The notes under the pieces: model-generated
What the model was told of the DNA's origin: nothing
What the model saw: the letters and a program-made list of their open reading frames with translations, nothing else
The model's database searches: none
Program-made: the position numbers and the translations under genes
Source of the DNA: Acidobacteriota bacterium
GTDB taxonomy: Bacteria > Acidobacteriota > Holophagae > Holophagales > Holophagaceae
Length of the DNA: 54,155 nt
Direction of reading: 5' to 3'
Assembly (NCBI GenBank): GCA_018269025.1
Contig: JAFDVN010000071.1
Location: 1-54,155, forward strand
In this document: positions 25,983 through 35,332 of the stretch, one piece after another
Position numbering within the stretch: the stretch's first letter is position 1
Layout of the letters: every line of letters starts with the position of its first letter

Positions 25983-27581
25983 ATGCTCAAACGCCTATTC
26001 CGCACCAAGTCCATGGAGCAACTGCGCGCTTCGGCCGAGGAGCCGGAGCATCAGCTCAAGAAGAACCTGGGTTCCTTCGACCTCACGATGTTCGGCATCG
26101 GCGCCATCATTGGCGCGGGCATCTTCAGCACCATCGGCACGGCGGCGGCGGGCAACCTCGCCGATGGCCGCCTCGCCGCGGGCCCGGCCCTCATCCTCAG
26201 CTTCTTGTTCACCGCGATCATCTGCGGCTTCACCGCGCTCGCCTACGCCGAACTGGCGAGCATGATCCCCGTCTCCGGCTCGGCCTACACCTATGCCTAT
26301 GCGACGCTCGGCGAATTGATGGCCTGGATCCTGGGCTGGAACCTGCTCCTGGAATACGCGATCTCCAATGTGGCCGTCGCCATCTCCTGGGGGGACTACG
26401 CCCGGAGTTTCCTGGAGAACATCTGCCACATCCGCATCCCGGGTTGGCTCGCCATTGATCCGAAATCGGCGCTGATGTTGAACGACGGCGTCGCGCCCAT
26501 GGCGCTCCACGACAAGCTCTCGCTCCTGGCCCAGGCCAAGGCGGGCACGGTGGATGGCGGCCACTTCTTCATGAACTGGGAAAAGCTCCAGAGCGCGCCC
26601 CTGCTCCACGGCTTTCCGGTGTGCATCAACCTCCTCGCGGTTGTCATCACGGTGTTCATCACCTGGCTCGCCTACCGCGGCATCAAGGAGAGCGCCAAGG
26701 CCAACAACTGGATGGTGCTCATCAAGGTGGCGATCCTCCTCGCTGTCATCGCCCTGGGCGCGCGCTTCATCCACCCGGACAACCTCGTCGGGCACCCGGC
26801 CTCCTGGAGCGGCTTCGCCCCCAACGGCTTCAAGGGCATTCAGGCGGGCGCGGGCATCATCTTCTTCGCCTTCATCGGCTTCGACGCCGTTTCCACGACG
26901 GCGGAGGAATGCAAGGATCCCGGGCGCGATGTGCCGAAGGGCATTCTCTGGAGCCTCGTCATCTGCACCGTGATCTATGTGCTCGTGGCGGCGGTGGTGC
27001 TGGGGATGCTCCATTACACGGAACTCGTGGGCAAGGCCGATCCGCTCTCCTATGTGTTCGAGCAGCACCACCTCACTTGGCTGGCGGGCATCATCAGCAT
27101 CGGCGCGGTCATCGCCACCACGGCGGCCTTGCTCGTCTACCAGGTGGGCCAACCGCGCATCTTCATGAGCATGAGCCGGGACGGGCTCCTCGGCCCCTGG
27201 TTCGGCAAGGTCCACAAGCGCTTCGGAACCCCCTCCAATGCGACGATCTTCACGGGCTTCCTCGTCGCCATCCCCGCCGCGCTGCTGGATATCGGCTTCG
27301 TGGTGGAACTGGCGAACATCGGGACGATCTCGGCCTTCATCGTCGTCTGCATCGCCGTCCTGCTCATGCGCAAGCGCCGCCCCGACGCGCCCCGCAAGTT
27401 CCGCATGCCCTTCGCGTGGGTGCTCGCGCCCCTGGCGATCCTCGGATGCCTCTGGATGGCGCGGGGCCTCACCATGGTCACCTGGAAGAACTTTGGCCTG
27501 TGGCTCGTGGTCGGCCTGCTCATCTACGCCTTCTACGGCAGCCGCAACAGCCGCCTGCAACGGGACAGCCAGGAGGCCTGA
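25983..27581 (+). CDS. APC-superfamily amino acid permease (cationic amino acid transporter-like)
   Basis: About 12-14 TM segments, N-terminal LKKNLGSFDLTMFGIGAIIGAGIF typical of APC/CAT transporters. Confidence 0.9.
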   Translation: MLKRLFRTKSMEQLRASAEEPEHQLKKNLGSFDLTMFGIGAIIGAGIFSTIGTAAAGNLADGRLAAGPALILSFLFTAIICGFTALAYAELASMIPVSGSAYTYAYATLGELMAWILGWNLLLEYAISNVAVAISWGDYARSFLENICHIRIPGWLAIDPKSALMLNDGVAPMALHDKLSLLAQAKAGTVDGGHFFMNWEKLQSAPLLHGFPVCINLLAVVITVFITWLAYRGIKESAKANNWMVLIKVAILLAVIALGARFIHPDNLVGHPASWSGFAPNGFKGIQAGAGIIFFAFIGFDAVSTTAEECKDPGRDVPKGILWSLVICTVIYVLVAAVVLGMLHYTELVGKADPLSYVFEQHHLTWLAGIISIGAVIATTAALLVYQVGQPRIFMSMSRDGLLGPWFGKVHKRFGTPSNATIFTGFLVAIPAALLDIGFVVELANIGTISAFIVVCIAVLLMRKRRPDAPRKFRMPFAWVLAPLAILGCLWMARGLTMVTWKNFGLWLVVGLLIYAFYGSRNSRLQRDSQEA

Positions 27582-28246
27582 TGTTCACCGGTCTGATCCG
27601 ACACCTCGGAACCCTGGAAGCGCGGTCGTCGCGCTCCGGCGGCGCGCGGCTGCGGATCGCTTCACCCAAGGCGGTGCTGGACCGGGCGGAAGAGGGCGCG
27701 AGCATCGCCGTGAACGGCTGCTGCCTCACGGCGGTAGCGCGGGACGGTCGGGCGTGGGAGGCCGATCTGAGCGAAGAGACCCTTCTCAAGACCACCCTGG
27801 GCCAGCTCCCCATTGGATCGAAACTGCATCTGGAACCCGCGCTTCGCGTGGGCGACCCGCTGGATGGTCATCTCATGCTTGGCCATGTGGACGCCTTCGG
27901 CGCGCTGGCGTCGCGGCCCACCGGCGAAGGCCTGTGGCGCTTCACCCTGCCCACCGAGCTTGCGCCCTTGGTGGCGGAGAAGGGTTCCATCGCCGTGGAC
28001 GGCGTGAGCCTCACGGTGGTGGACGCGGGGTCGGACTTCTTTACGGTCGCCCTGATCCCGGAAACCGTGACCCGCACGGCCTTCGCGGATCTCAGGCCCG
28101 GCGATCGAGTGAACCTTGAGGCCGACCCCCTCGCCCGCTACGCCGCGCGGCTCCTGGGCGGGAAGTCGGCGTCGGCCAAGCTCGCGTCCTTCGCCGAAGG
28201 CGGATGGGCCGCCATGGAAGCCTGGGGGCCGGACCCGGAGGTCTGA
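27581..28246 (+). CDS. ribE: riboflavin synthase alpha subunit
   Basis: CTGATG overlap with the permease. MFTGLIRHLGTL..., SIAVNGCCLTAV and the repeated SIAVDGVSLTVV lumazine-binding motifs. Confidence 0.9.
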   Translation: MFTGLIRHLGTLEARSSRSGGARLRIASPKAVLDRAEEGASIAVNGCCLTAVARDGRAWEADLSEETLLKTTLGQLPIGSKLHLEPALRVGDPLDGHLMLGHVDAFGALASRPTGEGLWRFTLPTELAPLVAEKGSIAVDGVSLTVVDAGSDFFTVALIPETVTRTAFADLRPGDRVNLEADPLARYAARLLGGKSASAKLASFAEGGWAAMEAWGPDPEV

Positions 28247-28247
28247 G

Positions 28248-29696
28248 CTACTTCCGGCCCCGGCTCGAATCGGCCCAGCCATCCCACATGCCAAAGGTCT
28301 TCATCTGGGGCGCGAGGCCGGTGGCCTGGATGAGCGCCTCGACCTGCGCCCGGGTCTGACGGGAAAGCAAGGCCGGGGCGTTGGCGAGGCCCCACATCAG
28401 GATCGCGGCTTCGTGGGTCTGGCGCCGCAGCGCGCCGGCGTCCACCTTGTCGAAGGTGTCACTTTCCGCGTGGTAGTTGGGCAGGTAGTTTGTCCAGTCC
28501 TGATTGGCGATGAGGGTGGGCACGCCTTCCACGAGGAAGTCGTAATTATCCGTCCCCACGAAGGCATCGTCCGTATGCGCCTTGGGGGCCCCATCCCCTT
28601 CCGGAGCCAGGGCCGCATCCAGGATGGGCCGCCATTCGGGACGCCCGCCCAGGCTGAAGCCGCTCACCTTGCCCAAGCCCTCGTCATAGATGACGACGGC
28701 GCGAATGCGGTCCAGCTCGGCCCGATGGGCCTTCACATAGGCTTTGGAGCCAAGCATGCCTTCTTCCTCCCCGCCGAAGAGCGCGAAGCGAATCGTGCGG
28801 CGCGGGTGAAGGTTGGCGGCTTTGAAAAGCCGCGCGATCTCCACCACCATGGCGGCGTTGCAGCCGTTGTCGAGGGCGCCCGTGCCCAGCTCCCAGGAAT
28901 CCAGATGGGCGCCGATGAGCACGACTTCATCCTTGAGGTCGGTCCCGGGGATTTCCGCGATGACATTGCCTGCCTGCACCGGCCCTGAGACGCGGTTGGG
29001 CATGCGGATCTCGGCCTGCACGGGGCGGTCCTTGAGCAGGCGACCCAGTCGCGCGCCGTCTTCCCGGGCGATCTGAATCTCCACGAGGTCCGCGACGCGC
29101 CCGTCATCACACCGCGGATCCAGGTGACGGTAGAGGAGCTTGCGGACCCGGGTGGACTGGACGATCAGCCCCTTCGCGCCAAGAGCTTTCGCCACCGCCG
29201 ATTGCCGGGCGGTCGTCGTGTATTCCCCAAAGAGTGCCTCGGGGGTGGTCATGGGCTCGGAAGCGAGGTAGATGAACGCACCCTTCGCGCTCGTGCCGAG
29301 CGTCTTCATCGCCGCGTCGCTGCCATCCCCCCCATCCAGGATGCGGAAGGTGCCCGCGCAGGGCGGACTCCAACCCCAGCTCGTCGCAAGGGGCGAAAAG
29401 CCCATGGGGCCTTCGATGCGGATGCGCGGCGGCGCGGCCGTCCACCCATTCACGAGGGGGAAAGGTTCCACCTTGGCCTGGAGGCCCGCGGCCTTGAATC
29501 CATCCACCCCCCATTTAAGGGCGCGGGTGAAGGCAGGGCTGCCCGTGACGCGTCCGCCGATGCCATCGCAGAGCTGCCGAAGCTGAGCGAGCTCCGGAGA
29601 GGGTTGAGCGAAGGCGGCGCGGAGACGCGCGAGGTCGTTGTCGGGGGCCTGGGCGAGCAGGGGAAGGGCGACGAGCGCCAGGAGCCGTTTCCTCAT
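28248..29696 (-). CDS. M28 family aminopeptidase with PA domain, secreted
   Basis: Signal peptide MRKRLLALVALPLLAQA. GAHLDSWELGTGALDNGCNAAMVVE and FGGEEEGMLGS metal-ligand motifs. Confidence 0.85.
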   Translation of the reverse strand: MRKRLLALVALPLLAQAPDNDLARLRAAFAQPSPELAQLRQLCDGIGGRVTGSPAFTRALKWGVDGFKAAGLQAKVEPFPLVNGWTAAPPRIRIEGPMGFSPLATSWGWSPPCAGTFRILDGGDGSDAAMKTLGTSAKGAFIYLASEPMTTPEALFGEYTTTARQSAVAKALGAKGLIVQSTRVRKLLYRHLDPRCDDGRVADLVEIQIAREDGARLGRLLKDRPVQAEIRMPNRVSGPVQAGNVIAEIPGTDLKDEVVLIGAHLDSWELGTGALDNGCNAAMVVEIARLFKAANLHPRRTIRFALFGGEEEGMLGSKAYVKAHRAELDRIRAVVIYDEGLGKVSGFSLGGRPEWRPILDAALAPEGDGAPKAHTDDAFVGTDNYDFLVEGVPTLIANQDWTNYLPNYHAESDTFDKVDAGALRRQTHEAAILMWGLANAPALLSRQTRAQVEALIQATGLAPQMKTFGMWDGWADSSRGRK

Positions 29697-31828
29697 GCGG
29701 TTCTCCGGGTGTCGCTGGCGTCGCCGCCACTCTGGATGGCCTTGATGACTTCCACCACCTCCGCCGCGCCGCTGGGCCGATCCTCCATGCGTTTTTGGAG
29801 CAGGCGATCCAGGAGGAAGCTGAAGCTGGCGGGCAACGAATGGTCCAGATCCTTGGCGTGGGGCGGCTCGGCGGAAAGCTGCTTGCGGAGCAGCTCGCTC
29901 ACATCCGAGCCCGGGAAGGGCGGTTGTCCCGTGGCCAGTTCGAAGAGCATGACGCCCAGGGAATAAAGATCCGTGCGGGGGTCCACCCGGTCGCCCCGCA
30001 CCTGTTCGGGGGCCATGTAGCGCGGGGAGCCGAAAACCTGGCCTGAGCGATCCTTGCCCGCCGCAGACACCGGTGCGGCGAGGCCGAAGTCCATGAGTTT
30101 CACATCGCCTCGCGCGTCGAAGAGCACATTGAGGGGTTTGATGTCGCGGTGCACGACGCCTTCGGCGTGGGCGGCTTCCAGGCCCTCGGTCACCTGGCGG
30201 CCGATGCGGAGGACCAGGGCCAAGGGCAGCTTGCCTCGGTCATCCAGCAGGCGCTTGAGGGTGACGCCCTTGAGGTATTCCATGCTCACGAAGGCCACCC
30301 CATCGGCCTCGGCGAAATCATGGGTGCGAAGCACGAAGCGGTGGCTGATCTTGCGGGCGAGACGGACCTCCTGCTTGAGGCGCTCCAGGAATTCCACATC
30401 CACCGCGTGCTCGGGCCGGATGACCTTGATGGCCACTTCCTCATCCAACTGGAGGTCCCGGGCCTTGAGCACGACGCCCATGCCGCCCTTGCCCAACACG
30501 CCTTCGACCCGGTAGCGCCCGGCGAAGGTCTCGCCTTCCTTGATGGTGAGGCGCTTGGGCGTGGGCAGGGGCTGGCCGAGCAGGCTCACGGTGGCGTCCA
30601 CATCCACCACGGTCATGTCCGCGTCCTTCGTGGCCCGGGTCTGGCCCGCGCCCGTGGAGCGCACCTGCTCCAGCATGGCGACCATGTCCTCCTTCGCCTT
30701 CAATTCGGAGAGGAGGCCCCGGAAGCGGTCCGTGAGCAGGCCGACTTCGTCCTTCTGAGCCACTTCGGGCAGGTCGGGCCTCCGGCCTTCCGCCAGGGCG
30801 GCGGTGGCTTCGGTGAGGTGGGCGAGGGGTGCCGTCACGCTCCGGGCTGAAAGCAGGGCCACCAGCAAGGCCAGAAGCAGGCCCGCCGCGCCGGCGCCGA
30901 GGATCCAGTAGCGCAGGCGGGTGTAGGGCGCGAGGAAGGGGTCCAGGGGCATGACGAGCAGTTCGGCGGCCTGGAGATCTGCCGCGTTGGCCCCGCGCAG
31001 CGGAACGAGGGTGGCGAGCTGGTCATGGCCGCCCAGGGTGATGAGCACCGGCGGCGGGACTTCGCCCTTTTGAAGCACGGCTTTGGCGCTCGCGAAAGCG
31101 GGGCCTTTTAGCGCGGCCATGGCCTGATCCCGCACTGCGTCGTCGGGAAAGGTGTCGCCCTCGAACTTGAAGCGGCTGAGGAGGGCAAGGTGGGCGGTCT
31201 TGGGCAGGGCGAGGGCGCGGAGGCTCGCCGCCTGCTTGTCATCCAACCGCGTGCCCACGAGCATTACGCCGACGGGATTGCCCGAAGGCGCGGTGAGCCG
31301 CCGCGCCACGGCGAAGTAGGCCTGCTTGCCCAGTTCCACGAAGCCCCGGTAGGAGGGCCCCTGGAAGCCGGCCGCCGCGGCTTCATCGGGGTTGAGGGCC
31401 ATCTGGACGATGCCGACCTCGCCGAAATCGGATCGCCCGGGGACGGGCTCGGTGCTGGCGAGCAGGCGATTGTCGGGCCGCACCACCAGCGCCACATCCC
31501 CGGAGAAGGTGGGCAGGTTGTCGTTGAGCAGGTCCTGGACGCTGATGAGGCTGCCGGTCTCTTCCGCCTTTTCGATCTCCGCCAGGTTGTAGGAGGCCTG
31601 GGAGAAGACCTCCAACCCGGCGTCCATCACTTTGGCCTGCTGGTCGAAGGTGCGACCCAGCAGCGCCGCTGCGGAGTGCAGGCCCTCGGCGGCGGAGGCC
31701 TGGGCGGCCTTCTTCGTTTGGACCAGGGCCACGCCCAGCACCGCGCCCACGAGGAGGACGATGACCAGCCCGGTGCGGAGGAAGAATTTCCAACCCAGGG
31801 ACTTCGACCAGCTCACGCCTTTGGCCAT
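29693..31828 (-). CDS. receptor-type Ser/Thr protein kinase (TM - periplasmic sensor - TM - HAMP - kinase)
   Basis: HAMP-like TAPLAHLTEATAALAEGRRPDLPEVAQKDEVGLLTDRFRGLL. Kinase motifs GKGGMGVV, VAIKVI, HRDIKPLN, DFGLA, APE. ATGA overlap with the peptidase gene. Confidence 0.85.
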   Translation of the reverse strand: MAKGVSWSKSLGWKFFLRTGLVIVLLVGAVLGVALVQTKKAAQASAAEGLHSAAALLGRTFDQQAKVMDAGLEVFSQASYNLAEIEKAEETGSLISVQDLLNDNLPTFSGDVALVVRPDNRLLASTEPVPGRSDFGEVGIVQMALNPDEAAAAGFQGPSYRGFVELGKQAYFAVARRLTAPSGNPVGVMLVGTRLDDKQAASLRALALPKTAHLALLSRFKFEGDTFPDDAVRDQAMAALKGPAFASAKAVLQKGEVPPPVLITLGGHDQLATLVPLRGANAADLQAAELLVMPLDPFLAPYTRLRYWILGAGAAGLLLALLVALLSARSVTAPLAHLTEATAALAEGRRPDLPEVAQKDEVGLLTDRFRGLLSELKAKEDMVAMLEQVRSTGAGQTRATKDADMTVVDVDATVSLLGQPLPTPKRLTIKEGETFAGRYRVEGVLGKGGMGVVLKARDLQLDEEVAIKVIRPEHAVDVEFLERLKQEVRLARKISHRFVLRTHDFAEADGVAFVSMEYLKGVTLKRLLDDRGKLPLALVLRIGRQVTEGLEAAHAEGVVHRDIKPLNVLFDARGDVKLMDFGLAAPVSAAGKDRSGQVFGSPRYMAPEQVRGDRVDPRTDLYSLGVMLFELATGQPPFPGSDVSELLRKQLSAEPPHAKDLDHSLPASFSFLLDRLLQKRMEDRPSGAAEVVEVIKAIQSGGDASDTRRTA

Positions 31829-31897
31829 CCGAACCTCGTCACGGGAGTATGCTTTGCGTCCATCCTACCGAAGGCAGGCCTCTCTCTTGGAGACTCC

Positions 31898-32455
31898 ATG
31901 TCGGAACGGCGTGACTTCCTTCGTACCGTGGTTGGCGGAACGGCCCTCCTGGGCCTCGGCAGCCTTGAGCTTCCGGCCCTGGAGGCCGCGGATCGGGGCC
32001 GGGCCCCTTCGGATGTGGCCCTGCTCAACACGGCCCTGGAACTGGAGCACACGGCCATCTTCGCCTATGGCCTCGCCGCGGGCTCGGGCCTGCTCTCCAA
32101 GGGCACCCTGGCGGTGGGCACCCTCTTCAATGGCAGCCATGAGACCCACCGGGCGGCCCTCACCCAGGCCATCAAGGACCTGAAGGGCTTTCCCATCGCC
32201 CCCCGGAAGAGCTACAGCTTTGACGCCTTCGACTTGAAGACCGAGGCCGATGTGCTGCGCCTCGCCCTCTTCCTGGAATTGAAGGCGGCCCGGGCCTACA
32301 ACGACTCCCTCCGCCAGTTCCGGCACCGGGCCCTGATGGACGCGGCGGGGCGCATCCTGGGGGACGAGGTCAGCCATGCCGCCATCCTTCGCTCCGCCCT
32401 TGGGCAGGCCCCCGTGGCATTCTGGGGCCAGCTTGACGAGGGACTCGATGGTTAA
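31898..32455 (+). CDS. Tat-signal ferritin-like domain protein
   Basis: MSERRDFLRTVVGG twin-arginine motif. LELEHTAIFAY and ELKAARAY...DEVSHAAIL resemble ferritin-like/DUF4439-type four-helix motifs. Confidence 0.7.
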   Translation: MSERRDFLRTVVGGTALLGLGSLELPALEAADRGRAPSDVALLNTALELEHTAIFAYGLAAGSGLLSKGTLAVGTLFNGSHETHRAALTQAIKDLKGFPIAPRKSYSFDAFDLKTEADVLRLALFLELKAARAYNDSLRQFRHRALMDAAGRILGDEVSHAAILRSALGQAPVAFWGQLDEGLDG

Positions 32456-33104
32456 ACCGCTCGCTGCCCTGCTCTTCGCCCCGGCGCTGCTCGCAGGCGG
32501 GCTCCAAGGCCCCGTGAAGGTGGTGGACAAGCATGGAGAGCGGCCGACCCTCAAGGACGCCATCGCCATCCTGGAGCCGCTCACCCACCGTGCGGATGCC
32601 CAGAAGCGGCCCATGCTACGCATCCGCACCACGGGCAAGCGCTTCGTCCCCCGCGTCGCCTGGACCACGCCCGGCAGTCCCGTGAGTTTTCCGAACCAGG
32701 ACCACATTCTCCACAATGTGTTCAGCGTGACCCCCGGCGAAGCCTTCGACACTGGCCACTACGAGCCCGGCGACGCGCCCCGCTGGACCGCGGCGAAGCC
32801 CGGCCTCGTGAAGCTCTACTGCAATGTGCACCGGAAGATGAACGCCTTCCTCTGGATCGTTGACACCCCCTGGGCCGATGTCCTCGATGGCCAGAAGGGG
32901 TTGGACTTCAAGAATGTGCCCCCCGGCCGCTACAAGCTCCGGCTTTGGCATCCCGAAGTGGGCGAGAAGGACTTCGAAGTGAGCATTGGCGAAGGCGTCA
33001 CCATGGGGAATTGGACCCTCCAGGCGAACCTGCCGGACTTCGAGCCCCACAAGAACAAGTTCGGCAAGGACTATCCGCCCGCGAAGGACGAGGGAAATTA
33101 CTGA
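32448..33104 (+). CDS. cupredoxin-like protein with C-terminal Ig/carboxypeptidase-regulatory-like domain
   Basis: Overlaps the previous stop by 8 nt. Signal peptide. FPNQDHILHNVFS and YCNVHRKM (Cu-site-like pattern), then PGRYKLRLWHPE. Confidence 0.7.
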   Translation: MVKPLAALLFAPALLAGGLQGPVKVVDKHGERPTLKDAIAILEPLTHRADAQKRPMLRIRTTGKRFVPRVAWTTPGSPVSFPNQDHILHNVFSVTPGEAFDTGHYEPGDAPRWTAAKPGLVKLYCNVHRKMNAFLWIVDTPWADVLDGQKGLDFKNVPPGRYKLRLWHPEVGEKDFEVSIGEGVTMGNWTLQANLPDFEPHKNKFGKDYPPAKDEGNY

Positions 33105-33113
33105 GGGGGTCCC

Positions 33114-33148
33114 GGGCTACGGGCTGCAGGCTACGGGCTACACGGTTG
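33114..33148. repeat. heptanucleotide array (GGGCTAC-like x5)
   Basis: GGGCTAC GGGCTGC AGGCTAC GGGCTAC ACGGTTG just after the stop at 33104. Confidence 0.85.
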
Positions 33149-33194
33149 GACGAGTCCGGGTGGTGCGGATCGTCAGCCTCCGATTCTTCGCGGG

Positions 33195-33213
33195 GCCAGG
33201 GTAGCCCCCTGGC
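33195..33213. terminator. short GC hairpin in convergent spacer
   Basis: GCCAGGG-TAGCC-CCCTGGC. Confidence 0.5.
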
Positions 33214-33232
33214 TCATGAGGACGAGCCTTGC

Positions 33233-33246
33233 CCCGTAGCCCGTAG
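33233..33246. repeat. heptanucleotide array (CCCGTAG x2), reverse complement of 33128-33141
   Basis: CCCGTAGCCCGTAG is exactly complementary to GGCTACGGGCTAC in the left array. Confidence 0.85.
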
Positions 33247-33248
33247 CC

Positions 33249-34202
33249 CTATTCCCCCCCATGCACCTTCTTGATCATGTAGCGGGGTCGGTCGCGGACT
33301 TCGGTGTAGATGCGGCCGATGTATTCGCCGAGCAGGCCCAGCGCCAGGAACATGCAGCCCACGAAGAAGAAGAGGATGGCGAAGAGGGTGAACACGCCGT
33401 TCACCGTGCCTTCGGGGTGGACGAAGCGATAGATCAACAGGCCCAGCGAGAAGGCGAGGCTGATGCCACTGATGACGACGCCGAAGACGCTGAGCATTTG
33501 GAGCGGCAGCAGGCTGAAACTCGTCACGAGGTCGAACTGGAGGTTGATGAGCTTCCAGAGCCCGTACTTGCTATCCCCGGCGGCGCGCTCGGCGTGGGCC
33601 ACGGGCACCTCCGCGATGCGCTTGGCGAAGGAGTTGGCGAGGGCCGGGATGAAGGAGCTGCGCTCCTTGCAGAGCAGCATGGCGTCCACCACCTCGCGCC
33701 GGTAGGCCCGGAGCATGCAGCCGTAGTCATGGAGCTTCACGCCGGTGGTCCTCCGGGTGATGGCGTTGACGAGCTTGCTCGGCAGGCGGCGGAAGAGGGA
33801 ATCGTTCTCCTCCCGACCCTGCCGCCACCCGCCCACCACATCAAAGCCTTCCTCGATCTTGGCGACGAGCTTCGGGATCTCTTCCGGCGGGTTCTGGAGG
33901 TCGGCGTCCAGGGTGACGATGATTTCGCCCTTGGCCTCCGCCAGCGCGCCGAAGACGGCGGCGTGCTGGCCGTAGTTGCGATTGAACTCCACGACCCGGA
34001 TGCGGGGTTCGGCCTTGGCCAGGTCCAGGAGCAGCTTGAGGCTGGCGTCCTTGGAGCCGTCATCGGTGAAGATCACCTCCCAGCCCCGGGCGTCGAAGGG
34101 CGCGAGGGCCGCGGACAGGCGTCCCCAAAGGGCCGGGATGTTGTCCTGCTCGTTGTAGATGGGGATGGTGACGCTCAGGAAGGGCGTGGGTTCAAGGGCC
34201 AT
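33249..34202 (-). CDS. family 2 glycosyltransferase (polyprenyl-phosphate sugar transferase, ArnC/DPM1-like)
   Basis: Start at MALEPTPFLSVTIPIYNE (ATG 34202; the longer track ORF is antisense to the regulator gene). DDGSKD, TLDADLQNPPEEIP (DxD), two C-terminal TM helices. Confidence 0.85.
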   Translation of the reverse strand: MALEPTPFLSVTIPIYNEQDNIPALWGRLSAALAPFDARGWEVIFTDDGSKDASLKLLLDLAKAEPRIRVVEFNRNYGQHAAVFGALAEAKGEIIVTLDADLQNPPEEIPKLVAKIEEGFDVVGGWRQGREENDSLFRRLPSKLVNAITRRTTGVKLHDYGCMLRAYRREVVDAMLLCKERSSFIPALANSFAKRIAEVPVAHAERAAGDSKYGLWKLINLQFDLVTSFSLLPLQMLSVFGVVISGISLAFSLGLLIYRFVHPEGTVNGVFTLFAILFFFVGCMFLALGLLGEYIGRIYTEVRDRPRYMIKKVHGGE

Positions 34203-34257
34203 GGGGCCTCCGAGGCTCAATTCTAGTAGAATCCTGCGAACCGCCCCTGGAGTGCCC

Positions 34258-34977
34258 ATGTCCCAGCCCCACATCCTGTTGGTCGAGGACGAACTGAGCC
34301 TTGCCGAGGGCATCAAACTCAACCTGGAGATGGAGGGGCTCGCCTGCACCTGGATCCCGAGGGGCGACGAGGCGCTCAAGCGCATCCTCGCCGAACCGTT
34401 CGACCTCGTGCTCCTGGATGTGATGCTGCCGGGCATGGACGGCTTCAGCGTCTGCGAGCGGGTGCGGGACGCCAAGAACTTCACACCCATCCTTTTCCTC
34501 ACGGCCAAGAACACCGAGGATGATCGCGTTCACGGCTTCGAGACCGGCGGCGACGACTACTTGGGCAAGCCCTTCCAGGTGCGCGAGCTGCTCACCCGCG
34601 TGCGCGCCATCCTGCGCCGCGAGGCCTGGTACAAGAACCGCACCCTGGGCAGCCGTCAGGCCTTCGGCCCCCATTGGGTGGACTTCGACAACTTCTGCGG
34701 CGAGGGGCCGAACGGCGCCTTCCAGCTTGGCGTGAAGGAATGCATGATCCTGAAGCTCCTCATGGAGAAGCCGGGCGCGGTCGTGAGCCGCCAGGAGATC
34801 CTGGACAAGGTCTGGGGTGAAGATTCCTACCCGACGACGCGCACCGTGGACAACTTCATCGTGCGCCTCCGCCGCAGCATGGAGCAGGACGCCCACCACC
34901 CCCGCTGGATCCACACCATCCGCTCCGTCGGCTACCAGTTCGACCCCGAAGGCAAGCAGCGCAAGGGCGAAGAGTGA
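34258..34977 (+). CDS. OmpR/PhoB-family response regulator (no kinase gene adjacent)
   Basis: ILLVEDE, LVLLDVMLPGMDG, LTAK, DDYLGKPF receiver motifs. C-terminal winged helix (RTVDNFIVRLRRSME..IHTIRSVGYQF). Confidence 0.9.
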   Translation: MSQPHILLVEDELSLAEGIKLNLEMEGLACTWIPRGDEALKRILAEPFDLVLLDVMLPGMDGFSVCERVRDAKNFTPILFLTAKNTEDDRVHGFETGGDDYLGKPFQVRELLTRVRAILRREAWYKNRTLGSRQAFGPHWVDFDNFCGEGPNGAFQLGVKECMILKLLMEKPGAVVSRQEILDKVWGEDSYPTTRTVDNFIVRLRRSMEQDAHHPRWIHTIRSVGYQFDPEGKQRKGEE

Positions 34978-34980
34978 TAA

Positions 34981-35325
34981 GTGAAAGCTGAAACCACGGA
35001 GACTCAGAGGCACGGAGAAAAGCCGGAACGAAGATTTTTCTGGATCGCGACCATCTCAATTGCGCTCGGATTTATTCCTCCGGTCTTCTGCGCTGGAGTG
35101 CTGTTTGTAGGCGGGACGCCGGGGGATGGTCCGGCTGCGGCAGTGGCGTGGTTCTTTTTGGTAGGTTCATCCCTACTGGGGCTCTCGATTGTTTTGTTGA
35201 TGAGCATCCTGGGTGGGACAGCCATGCCGAATGGAAGCCGTGCGAGAAAAGGGTTTCGCGGAATTTCTTGGCTCGGCGCTTTAACAGGATTGATCTGGCT
35301 CTGCCTGCCCCTCGTTCTTCGCTGA
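34981..35325 (+). CDS. hypothetical small integral membrane protein (lower GC)
   Basis: GTG-initiated ORF with three hydrophobic segments. Its first about 15 codons coincide with an inverted-repeat arm, so the true start, or coding status, is uncertain. Confidence 0.35.
   Translation: MKAETTETQRHGEKPERRFFWIATISIALGFIPPVFCAGVLFVGGTPGDGPAAAVAWFFLVGSSLLGLSIVLLMSILGGTAMPNGSRARKGFRGISWLGALTGLIWLCLPLVLR
34990..35017. repeat. left arm of imperfect inverted repeat flanking the small ORF
   Basis: GAAACCACGGAGACTCAGAGGCACGGAG matches the reverse complement of 35354-35381 (GGAACCACGGAGACGCAGAGACACAGAG), about 24 of 28 positions. Confidence 0.75.
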
Positions 35326-35332
35326 GTTGCGA

